Shown here: positions 34,552-42,240 of the stretch, one piece after another | How positions within the stretch are numbered: the stretch's first letter is position 1 | How the letters are laid out: each line of letters opens with the position of its first letter | NCBI GenBank assembly: GCA_045586345.1 | Contig: JAZNAD010000024.1 | Location: 1-42,240, forward strand | Direction of reading: 5' to 3' | Length of the DNA stretch: 42,240 bases | From: Eubacteriales bacterium | Lineage (GTDB): Bacteria; Bacillota; Clostridia; Oscillospirales; CAG-272 | Position numbers and translations under genes: made by a program | Notes under the pieces: model-generated | The model's database searches: none | The model's input: the letters and a program-made list of their open reading frames with translations, nothing else | Told to the model about the DNA's origin: nothing

Positions 34552-35871
34552 ATGAGTAACAGTGCAGCTATGATTTTTTCCAAAGAAGAAACCCTTGAAA
34601 GAGCCGATATCCGAGCCATCCAGCTCGAGCGTCTTAAGGAGACGGTCGGGCGCGTGTACGAGCGCGTCTCTCCCTACCGCCGCAAGATGGACGAGGCCGG
34701 CATCCGCCCCGAGGACATTGGGACGCTCGACGACCTCAGGAAGCTCCCCTTTATCACGAAGCAGGATCTCCGTGATAACTATCCCTTTGGCTTTTGTGCC
34801 CTGCCGCGTGAGCAGTTCGCGAGGATCCACTCGAGCAGCGGTACGACCGGCAAGCCCACCCCCACGGTCTTTGCCAAGAGCGACCTCGAGGTATGGAGCG
34901 AATGCACCGCGCGCATTGCGTGCGCGGGCGGTGCCACCCCCGAGGATATGGCGCAGATCTGCTTCGGCTTTGGTATGTTCACAGGGGCCGAGGGGCTTCA
35001 GCGCGGCCTCGAGAAGGTAGGGGCGGCGATCGTTCCCTCGTCGTCCGGCAACTCGGAAAAGCAGATCCTCTACATGCACGATTTCAAAACGACCCTCCTC
35101 GTGGCCACCCCCTCCTATGCGATGCGCCTTGCCGAGGTGGCACACGAGGTGGGCTACGAGCCCTCGCGCGACCTCAAGGTCAAGACCCTGCTCGTCGGGA
35201 GTGAACTCCTGACCGATGCGATGCGCGAGGAGATGAAGCGCGCCTGGGGCGAGGACGTCAAGATCACGACCAACTACGGCATGAGCGAGCTCCAGGGCCC
35301 CGGCATCTCGGGCGAATGCCTCGAGGGCAGCGGCTTACATATCAACGAGGACTTCTTTATCCCCGAGATCATCGACCCGAAGACGGGAGAGATCCTCCCC
35401 GAGGGCGAGCTTGGTGAGCTGGTCATCACCTGCATCAAGCGCGAGGCCATGCCGCTCATCCGCTATCGGACGGGCGACCTGACCCGCCTCTTCTACGAGC
35501 GCTGCGTGTGCGGACGCACCACCTGCCGGATGGAGAACCTCCAGGGGCGGAGCGACGATATGCTGAAGGTCAACGGCGTCCGTCTCTTCCCGAGCCAGAT
35601 CGAGGAGATCGTGCTGTCGATCCCCGAGTTTGGACCGCATTACGAGATCGTGATCGAGCGCGAGGGCTACAGCGACCGCATGACCGTGCGCGTCGAGCTC
35701 GCGACCGTGACCGACTCCTTCCGTGTGCTTGAGGAGATCGAGCGCACCGTCAAGGCCAAGCTCAAGACCGTGCTCGGGCTCACCGTGAGAGTCAAGCTCG
35801 AGTCGCCCAACACCCTTCAGCGCTTTGAGGGTAAGGCCAAGCGCGTGAAGGACCTGCGAAAGATGCAATAA
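34552..35871 (+). CDS. paaK: Phenylacetate--CoA ligase
   Basis: LRDNYPFG, RIHSSSGTTGKP, YGMSELQGPG, PLIRYRTGD, GRSDDMLKVNGV, FEGKAKRV; start uncertain (34552 or 34570); TTGACA...TATAAT promoter at 34470-34499. Confidence 0.92.
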   Translation: MSNSAAMIFSKEETLERADIRAIQLERLKETVGRVYERVSPYRRKMDEAGIRPEDIGTLDDLRKLPFITKQDLRDNYPFGFCALPREQFARIHSSSGTTGKPTPTVFAKSDLEVWSECTARIACAGGATPEDMAQICFGFGMFTGAEGLQRGLEKVGAAIVPSSSGNSEKQILYMHDFKTTLLVATPSYAMRLAEVAHEVGYEPSRDLKVKTLLVGSELLTDAMREEMKRAWGEDVKITTNYGMSELQGPGISGECLEGSGLHINEDFFIPEIIDPKTGEILPEGELGELVITCIKREAMPLIRYRTGDLTRLFYERCVCGRTTCRMENLQGRSDDMLKVNGVRLFPSQIEEIVLSIPEFGPHYEIVIEREGYSDRMTVRVELATVTDSFRVLEEIERTVKAKLKTVLGLTVRVKLESPNTLQRFEGKAKRVKDLRKMQ

Positions 35872-35883
35872 AGGAGACATACG

Positions 35884-37626
35884 ATGAACGAAAAGAGAAT
35901 TATGCTCGGCAACGACGCCATCGCGCGCGGTGCCTACGAGGCGGGAGTCAAGCTCTCGAGTGCCTACCCCGGCACCCCCAGCACCGAGATCAGCGAGGCG
36001 CTCGCGGGATATGCCGAGGTCTATACCGAATGGGCCCCCAACGAAAAGGTCGCGCTCGAGGTAGCCGCCGGCGCCTCGATCTCGGGGGTGCGCGCGCTTG
36101 CCTGCATGAAGCACGTCGGCCTGAATGTGGCGAGCGACCCGCTCTACACCCTCTCCTACACGGGGGTGGGCGGCGGCCTTGTCATTGTGGTAGCGGACGA
36201 CCCCGGCCTCGCCAGCTCGCAGAACGAGCAGGACACGCGCATGATCGGCCGCAGCTCGCACATCCCGGTCATTGAACCCTCCGACAGCCAGGAGGCCAAG
36301 GACTACCTGAAGCTCGCCTACGAGATCAGCGAGGAATACGATACCCCCGTCATCCTCAGGACCACGACAAAGCTCGCGCACTCGCAGAGCGTTGTCGAGC
36401 TCGAGGAGCGGAGTGTCCCCGAGGATAAGGTCTACGAGAGAAACGTGGCGAAGTACGTCATGATGCCCGGCTCGGCCATCGGTCGCCACCGCGTGGTGGA
36501 GGCGCGCGAGGATCGCCTCGCCGAGGATGCCTCCTCCCTCGCCATCAACCGCGCCGAATACGGCGACCGCCGCCTGGGCTTTATCACCTCGGGCATTGCC
36601 TATCAGTACGTCAAGGAGGCCGCCCCGACGGCGAGCGTCCTGAAGCTCGGCATGGTGCATCCCCTGCCCCGCCGCCTCATTGAGGAATTTGTCGCCGCTT
36701 GTGACGAGGTCTACATCTTCGAGGAGCTTGAGCCCGTCATCGAGGAGCAGGTCAAGAGCTGGGGGCTTTCGGTCAATGGTAAAGAATACTTTACGAAGCA
36801 GGGCGAGTACAGCGCGAACATGCTGAAGGCTGTGCTTACGGGGAAGGCGCCCGAGATCGCGGCCAAGGCCGACGTGCCCGCGCGCCCGCCGATCCTCTGC
36901 CCCGGCTGCCCGCACCGCAGCGTCTTCTCGGTGCTGAACAAGCTGAAGATCCACGCGGCCGGCGACATCGGGTGCTACACCCTCGGCGCCGTGGCCCCCC
37001 TCAGCGTCATCGACACGACCGTGTGCATGGGCTCGAGCATCTCGATCCTGCACGGCATGGAGAAGGCCAAGGGCAAGGATTACGTCAAGAACTGGGTGGC
37101 GACCATCGGTGACTCCACCTTCCTGCATACAGGCATCAACTCGCTGATCGGTATGGTCTACAACAAATCGACGGCGACCGTGATGATCCTTGACAACCGC
37201 ACGACGGGTATGACGGGGCATCAGGAGCATGCTGCCACGGGCAAGACCCTAAAGGGCGAGGACACCTATGCGATCGACCTTGCCGAGCTTTGCCGCGCTG
37301 TCGGTGTGCCGAACGTCATTACGGTCAACGCCTTTGACGTTGCCGCGCTTGAGACCACCATCCGCGAGAGCGTGGCGAGCGACGTCCTGACCGTTATCAT
37401 CGCGAAGGCACCCTGCGCGCTCCTGAAGGGACAGAAATTCCCGAACGTGTGCGTTGTGGATAGCGAAAAGTGCAAGAAGTGCGGTGCCTGCCTGAAGATC
37501 GGCTGCCCCGCCCTCACCAAGACCGAGGACGGCACGGTCAGGATCGACGATGCGATGTGCAACGGCTGCGGCCTTTGCATGAGCCGCTGTAAGTTCGGTG
37601 CCATCACCTCGGTACCGAAGGCCTGA
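35884..37626 (+). CDS. iorA: Indolepyruvate:ferredoxin oxidoreductase alpha subunit
   Basis: AYPGTPSTEI, MKHVGLNVA, SSQNEQD, LCPGCPHR, GDIGCY, IGDSTFLH, two C-terminal 4Fe-4S motifs. Confidence 0.96.
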   Translation: MNEKRIMLGNDAIARGAYEAGVKLSSAYPGTPSTEISEALAGYAEVYTEWAPNEKVALEVAAGASISGVRALACMKHVGLNVASDPLYTLSYTGVGGGLVIVVADDPGLASSQNEQDTRMIGRSSHIPVIEPSDSQEAKDYLKLAYEISEEYDTPVILRTTTKLAHSQSVVELEERSVPEDKVYERNVAKYVMMPGSAIGRHRVVEAREDRLAEDASSLAINRAEYGDRRLGFITSGIAYQYVKEAAPTASVLKLGMVHPLPRRLIEEFVAACDEVYIFEELEPVIEEQVKSWGLSVNGKEYFTKQGEYSANMLKAVLTGKAPEIAAKADVPARPPILCPGCPHRSVFSVLNKLKIHAAGDIGCYTLGAVAPLSVIDTTVCMGSSISILHGMEKAKGKDYVKNWVATIGDSTFLHTGINSLIGMVYNKSTATVMILDNRTTGMTGHQEHAATGKTLKGEDTYAIDLAELCRAVGVPNVITVNAFDVAALETTIRESVASDVLTVIIAKAPCALLKGQKFPNVCVVDSEKCKKCGACLKIGCPALTKTEDGTVRIDDAMCNGCGLCMSRCKFGAITSVPKA

Positions 37627-37640
37627 AGGGAGAGAGTGCA

Positions 37641-38201
37641 ATGAATATTATGATCGTCGGTGTCGGCGGCCAGGGGACCCTCCTGACCAGCCGTATCATT
37701 GGAAAGACCGCACTGGCCGCAGGGCTTGACGTGAAGCTCTCGGAGGTGCACGGCATGGCCCAGCGCGGTGGCAGCGTTGTCACCTTTGTCCGTTACGGCG
37801 AGCGCGTTTTTGAGCCCGTCTGCGAGGAGGGCGAGGTTGACGTCCTCATCTCCTTCGAGCGCCTGGAGGCGCTCCGCTACGCCCACTTCCTGAAGAAGGA
37901 CGGCGTGCTCATCGTCAACGATTGCCGCATCGACCCGATGACGGTAGTTATCGGTGCGAGGACCTATCCCGAGGGGATTCTCGAGGAGCTGTCCGCCTCG
38001 CACACCCTCTACACGATCGACGGCGGTGCCATCGCCCGTGAGCTCGGCAACAGCCGTGTCCTCAACTCGGTCGTTCTCGGCCTTGCGGCCCGTCACATCG
38101 GCTTTGCGAAGGAGGCCTGGCTCGAGGTCCTACGCGCCACAGTCCCTCAAAAGACGGTCGAGATCAACACAGCCGCCTTCGAGGCCGGGTACGGCGCTTA
38201 A
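37641..38201 (+). CDS. iorB: Indolepyruvate:ferredoxin oxidoreductase beta subunit
   Basis: GVGGQG, SEVHGMAQRGGSV. Confidence 0.95.
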   Translation: MNIMIVGVGGQGTLLTSRIIGKTALAAGLDVKLSEVHGMAQRGGSVVTFVRYGERVFEPVCEEGEVDVLISFERLEALRYAHFLKKDGVLIVNDCRIDPMTVVIGARTYPEGILEELSASHTLYTIDGGAIARELGNSRVLNSVVLGLAARHIGFAKEAWLEVLRATVPQKTVEINTAAFEAGYGA

Positions 38202-38228
38202 AGGCAAAATGTAAAGGAGACTTCGCAT

Positions 38229-38657
38229 ATGACAGTCAAACAGTTGTCGGTGTTTATCGAAAACCGCAAGGGCAGACTCAGCGAGGTGCTAGCAGTTCTC
38301 CGTGAGCACCACGTCAACATCCTCTCGATGAGCCTGGCCGATACCACCGAATACGGGCTCCTCCGCCTGATCGTCAATCACCCCGAGGAGGGCTGTCGCG
38401 TTCTGCTCGACGCCGGCTTTTCCAGCATGCTGACCGACGTCCTCATCATCAAGATCCCGCACGTGGCGGGGAGCCTGCAGGAGACGGTCACGCGCATTGC
38501 GGCGGGAGACGTCAATATCGAATATTTGTACGGGCTCTCGGTCGAGGCAGAGGATGCCTCGATCGTCATGAAAACGAGCGAGCCGGAGGCCGCCTGCCGC
38601 GTTCTTCGCGAGGCGGGCATCTCCACAATGACGCCTGAGGAGATCAGCGCACTGTAA
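38229..38657 (+). CDS. Tandem ACT-domain protein
   Basis: VKQLSVFIENRKGRL...NILSMSLADTTEYGLLRLIV...NIEYLY. Confidence 0.9.
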   Translation: MTVKQLSVFIENRKGRLSEVLAVLREHHVNILSMSLADTTEYGLLRLIVNHPEEGCRVLLDAGFSSMLTDVLIIKIPHVAGSLQETVTRIAAGDVNIEYLYGLSVEAEDASIVMKTSEPEAACRVLREAGISTMTPEEISAL

Positions 38658-38665
38658 TTACTACC

Positions 38666-39484
38666 ATGATCATCGATTTTCATACCCATATTTTTCCCGA
38701 TAAGATCGCCGAGACGACCGTATCCGCCATCGAGAAGGGGGCAAAGACGCCCCGTCACTCGGACGGCACTGTCGCGGGGCTGATCGCGGCAATGGATCGG
38801 GCGGGCGTTGACCTCGCGGTCAACCTGCCTGTCCTGACGCGCCCCCGCCAGTTTGCCCACATTGCCGACTTTGCCGAGGAGGTCAATGCGAGGGACTATC
38901 CCACCTCGCGCATCCTCTCCTTCGGCGGTGTGCATCCCGACGACCCCGAGGCCCCCGACCGCGTGGACGAGCTGGCCGACCGTGGCTTCCTTGGGATCAA
39001 GATCCATCCCGACTATCAGAACACCTTTATCGACGACGGGGCGTATCTGCGCATCATGGCACGTGCCAAGGCGCGCGGTCTCATCACTGTCACCCATGCG
39101 GGCGTAGACGCCGCCTACGTGCGTGGCGAGCTCCATTGCACGCCAGAGCGCGTTCTGCGCGTTCTGGATGCTCTCGGCGGCTACGACCGCCTCGTGCTCG
39201 CGCACATCGGCGGTGAACAGCTGTCCACCGAGGTGCTGGCGCTTCTCTGCGGCGAGGAGATCTACCTCGATACGGCGTACAGCCTGCACGAGATGAAGCG
39301 CGAGCGCTTCCTTGAGATCCTCGCAAAGCACGGCGATGAGAGGATCCTCTTTGCGACCGACAGCCCCTGGCGCGATGCCGCCGAGGAGCTGGCTATCCTC
39401 AGGAGCCACGGGATCCCCGAGCCCTCGCTGACGCGGATCCTTGGTGCCAATGCCGAAAAACTTTTAGGACTGGTGACGATATGA
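38666..39484 (+). CDS. Amidohydrolase_2 family metallohydrolase/decarboxylase
   Basis: IIDFHTH, GIKIHPDYQ, HAG, LAHIGG, ILFATDSPW. Confidence 0.9.
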   Translation: MIIDFHTHIFPDKIAETTVSAIEKGAKTPRHSDGTVAGLIAAMDRAGVDLAVNLPVLTRPRQFAHIADFAEEVNARDYPTSRILSFGGVHPDDPEAPDRVDELADRGFLGIKIHPDYQNTFIDDGAYLRIMARAKARGLITVTHAGVDAAYVRGELHCTPERVLRVLDALGGYDRLVLAHIGGEQLSTEVLALLCGEEIYLDTAYSLHEMKRERFLEILAKHGDERILFATDSPWRDAAEELAILRSHGIPEPSLTRILGANAEKLLGLVTI

Positions 39485-40674
39485 TCAACGAATCCATGCT
39501 CGCGCTCGGCAGTAAGCGCTCAATCATCCGCGAGATCTTTGAGTACTGCAAGACTCGCGCTGCCGAGATCGGCCCCGACAAGGTCTTTGACTTCTCGATC
39601 GGCAACCCGAGTGTGCCGCCGCCCCACGAGGTGCAGGAAACGCTAACATCGCTCCTTGCGAACGAAAATCCCCTGGCTCTGCACGGCTACACCTCGGCGC
39701 AGGGGGATGCCGGCACGCGCGCCGCCATCGCCGATCACATCAACCGGCACTTCTCTGTCGGGCTCACGGCCGACCACATCTACATGACCTGTGGTGCCGC
39801 CGCCTCGCTCACGGTCTCCTTGAAGGCGGTGCTGAACCCGGGCGAGGAGTGCATTCTCTTTGCGCCCTTCTTCACCGAGTACCGCGTGTTCGTTCAGAAC
39901 GCTGGGGGTGTGCCCGTCATTTCGATGCCCGAGCCCGGCTCCTTCCAGATCGACGTTACCGATCTCGAGAAGCGCCTGACGCCTGCGACCCGTGCCATCA
40001 TCCTCAATTCGCCGAACAACCCGAGCGGCGTGGTGTACAGCGAGGAGACGGTCCGCGCGGTCTGCGACCTTCTCCGCCGCAAGGAGGAGGAATTCGGCAC
40101 CGTTATCTATCTTATTGCCGACGAGCCCTACCGCGAGCTGGTCTTTGGCGACGTCACGGTGCCCTATCTCATGAAATACTACGACGATACCCTCGTCTGC
40201 TACTCCTACTCGAAGGCGCTGTCCCTGCCCGGCGAGCGTATCGGCTATATTGCCGTCAGCCCCCGGATGCGGGACGGGCGCAGCGTTTACCTCGCTGTAT
40301 GCGGTGCCGGGCGCTCGCTCGGCTTCGTGTGTGCACCGAGCCTTTTCCAGCAGGTCATCAAGCACGCGGTAAACGCCAAGGTCGATATCGGCATCTACAA
40401 GAAAAACCGCGACCTCCTATACGGGAGCCTGACCGACTACGGCTACGAGTGCGTAAGGCCGGACGGCGCCTTCTACCTCTTTGTTAAGGCGCTCGAGCCC
40501 GATGCCTACGCCTTCTATGAGCGTGCCAAGGCCAAAGAGCTGCTTGTCGTGCCCTGCGACGACTTCGGCGTTCCCGGCTATGTGCGCATCGCCTACTGCG
40601 TTGATCACGACCGCATCGTGCGTGCGCTCCCCGCCTTCCGCGCACTGGCCGAGGAATATAAATCCGGAAAGTAA
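39481..40674 (+). CDS. Class I/II PLP-dependent (aspartate/aromatic) aminotransferase
   Basis: NSPNNPSG, ADEPYREL, SYSKALSLPGERIGY, GAFYLF. Confidence 0.93.
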   Translation: MINESMLALGSKRSIIREIFEYCKTRAAEIGPDKVFDFSIGNPSVPPPHEVQETLTSLLANENPLALHGYTSAQGDAGTRAAIADHINRHFSVGLTADHIYMTCGAAASLTVSLKAVLNPGEECILFAPFFTEYRVFVQNAGGVPVISMPEPGSFQIDVTDLEKRLTPATRAIILNSPNNPSGVVYSEETVRAVCDLLRRKEEEFGTVIYLIADEPYRELVFGDVTVPYLMKYYDDTLVCYSYSKALSLPGERIGYIAVSPRMRDGRSVYLAVCGAGRSLGFVCAPSLFQQVIKHAVNAKVDIGIYKKNRDLLYGSLTDYGYECVRPDGAFYLFVKALEPDAYAFYERAKAKELLVVPCDDFGVPGYVRIAYCVDHDRIVRALPAFRALAEEYKSGK

Positions 40675-40745
40675 GGTTTACAGATATCAAAAAGGCGAGC
40701 AAGCGGTGCGGCATCCTTTGCCATGCGAGCCGCGACCGAGCCGCA

Positions 40746-40783
40746 AGAAGAGCCTTCCCCTATGGGGAGGCTCTTCTCTTTTT
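40746..40783 (+). terminator. Operon terminator
   Basis: AGAAGAGCCTTCCCC-TAT-GGGGAGGCTCTTCT followed by a T run. Confidence 0.8.
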
Positions 40784-40811
40784 CGACAGAAAACTATTTT
40801 TCAAAAACCCC

Positions 40812-40840
40812 TTGACAAGACGCGTGCCGTGTGCTATACT
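40812..40840 (+). promoter_or_regulatory. sigmaA promoter of the riboswitch-symporter transcript
   Basis: TTGACA-17 nt-TATACT with TGn extension. Confidence 0.8.
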
Positions 40841-40851
40841 TTGAGAGTATT

Positions 40852-41040
40852 TCCGATGAAGCTCCCGGAATCCCGCAAGGAGACCGGTTGTTGAGGACGC
40901 TCCCGAGAAGCTCTGCCGAGCGCAGAGTGCCGAAGGTGAAAGGCCGCCATGGCCGAATCTCTCAGGCAAAAGGAAGGAGTAGCAAAAGCACCCCGTAGGG
41001 TGCCGCCTTGTGAGCTGTCGGTGACGGCTCTTTTTTGTTT
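40852..41040 (+). ncRNA. Glycine riboswitch (single aptamer preceded by a ghost hairpin) with expression-platform terminator
   Basis: GAGA...GCCGAAGGTGAAA...GAATCTCTCAGGCAAAAGGA core; terminator GAGCTGTC-GGT-GACGGCTC-TTTTTT; lies upstream of an AGCS symporter. Confidence 0.85.
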
Positions 41041-41072
41041 TTCATTATTACTCATTATATGGAGGAAGCATC

Positions 41073-42240
41073 GTGGAAACCCTTTTGAAGATCGTACAAA
41101 CGATTTTGAAAATCGTACAAACGGTCAATCTCTATCTCTCGGACTACATTCTCCTGATCCTGCTCATCGGCGTCGGCGTTTACTTCACCGTCCGCACGCG
41201 CTTCGTGCAGGTGCGTTGCTTTGCGGAAGGATGGCGCCGTATGTTTGCCCGCAACCAAAAGAGCGGGAGCGGCAGCCTTTCGTCCTTCCAGGCGCTGACG
41301 ACCGCGATCGCCGCGCAGGTCGGTACCGGCAACATCGTCGGTGCGTGCGGTGCGATCCTCGTCGGTGGCCCGGGTGCTATCTTCTGGATGTGGATCATCG
41401 CCTTCTTCGGTATGGCGACCATCTACGCCGAGGCGGTCTTGGCGCAGAAGACGCGCCTTGTGGATGAGAAAGGCAACGTCAGCGGCGGCCCTGTCTACTA
41501 CATCCGCACGGCCTTTAAGGGGAACTTCGGTCACTTCCTCGCCGGCTTCTTCTCGGTAGCGGCTATCCTCGCCCTTGGCTTTATGGGTGCTATGGTGCAG
41601 TCGAACTCGATCGGCTCGACCTCGGAGACCGCGTTTGGCATCCCCTCGTGGGTGATGGGTCTTGTCGTTGCCGCAATCGTCGCCCTCATTCTCCTTGGCG
41701 GCGTCAAGCGCATCGGTACCGTCAGTGAGTACCTGGTTCCCGTCATGGCGATCCTTTACCTGCTTGGCGGCCTTGTGCTTCTCTGCTTCCGCGTCGTCTA
41801 CATCCCCGAGGCCTTCGGCATGATCTTCAAGTACGCCTTCGTACCGAACGCGTTGCTCGGCGGCGGCATCGGCTACGCGCTGAAGACGGCGATCTCGCAG
41901 GGTGCGAAGCGAGGCCTCTTCTCAAATGAGGCCGGCATGGGCTCGACCCCCCACGCGCACGCGCTGGCCGAGGTCGAGGATCCCCACGACCAGGGCGTCA
42001 CGGCGATGATCGGCGTCTTCATCGACACCTTCATCGTTCTGACGATGACCGCCCTGACCGTCATCGCCACCCTCTACGCCGGTGACGGCCCCCTGGCTGC
42101 GGCGACCGGTGCCGCTGAGGGCATCAGCAAGGCCAACATGTCGCAACTTGCCTTCGGCTCGGTCTTCGGCGAGACCTTCGGTAACATCTTCGTGGCCGTT
42201 TGCCTCTTCTTCTTCGCCTTCTCGACCATCCTCGGTTGGA
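41073..42240 (+). CDS. Alanine/glycine:cation symporter (AGCS/AlsT family), runs off the window end
   Basis: GTG 41073 behind GGAGG; SSFQALTTAIAAQVGTGNI, GGPGAIFWMW, GGPVYYI, KRGLFSNEAGMGS. Absent from the ORF track because it is incomplete. Confidence 0.95.
   Translation, partial: METLLKIVQTILKIVQTVNLYLSDYILLILLIGVGVYFTVRTRFVQVRCFAEGWRRMFARNQKSGSGSLSSFQALTTAIAAQVGTGNIVGACGAILVGGPGAIFWMWIIAFFGMATIYAEAVLAQKTRLVDEKGNVSGGPVYYIRTAFKGNFGHFLAGFFSVAAILALGFMGAMVQSNSIGSTSETAFGIPSWVMGLVVAAIVALILLGGVKRIGTVSEYLVPVMAILYLLGGLVLLCFRVVYIPEAFGMIFKYAFVPNALLGGGIGYALKTAISQGAKRGLFSNEAGMGSTPHAHALAEVEDPHDQGVTAMIGVFIDTFIVLTMTALTVIATLYAGDGPLAAATGAAEGISKANMSQLAFGSVFGETFGNIFVAVCLFFFAFSTILGW
41083..41124 (+). repeat. 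21-bp in-frame tandem duplication at the symporter N-terminus
   Basis: TTTTGAAGATCGTACAAACGA / TTTTGAAAATCGTACAAACGG, encoding LKIVQTI-LKIVQTV. Confidence 0.85.

Noticed and set aside
35335-37230. Long antisense ORF (631 aa), and similar ones such as 22751-24421, 25828-26976 and 19193-20389
   Set aside because: They overlap well-identified genes on the opposite strand and show shadow-ORF composition.
40949-41467. 172-aa ORF overlapping the riboswitch
   Set aside because: Out of frame with the real AGCS gene starting at GTG 41073 and runs through the terminator.
1-42240. CRISPR array, rRNA, IS transposase or known defence system
   Set aside because: No regularly spaced repeat-spacer array, rRNA-like sequence, or transposase/cas/restriction motifs were seen.

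Overview
GC-rich chromosomal window from a probably spore-forming clostridial Bacillota (spoIVB, a SpoIIQ-like M23 peptidase, a SPOCS/LysM coat protein, hprK, sigmaA-type promoters). It is mostly housekeeping: a minus-strand run DUF6062 - YhaN-like ATPase - PfkB - miaA - galK - recA, then pheS/pheT, a probable 6S RNA, a tandem-domain RadC, mtaB-glyQS, tRNA-Lys(CTT), tRNA-Glu(TTC), gap, a paaK-iorAB-ACT-amidohydrolase-aminotransferase operon, and a glycine riboswitch ahead of an alanine/glycine symporter. An AT-rich islet of about 2.5 kb (~30121-32650) with two interrupted genes sits between spoIVB and gap. Most notable: (1) the essential alpha2-type glycyl-tRNA synthetase gene carries one in-frame TGA inside motif 2, although TGA is an ordinary stop elsewhere in the window; (2) three transcript 3' ends (tRNA-Lys, gap, tRNA-Glu) share an unusual architecture of terminator, degenerate inverted copy of the gene's own 3' end and hairpin cassette, with a direct repeat at two of them, suggesting small non-coding elements that target 3' ends; (3) two TGTAC-N8-GTACA-type palindromes at the recA promoter instead of a Firmicute LexA box. 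All calls come from reading the sequence by eye; no searches were run.
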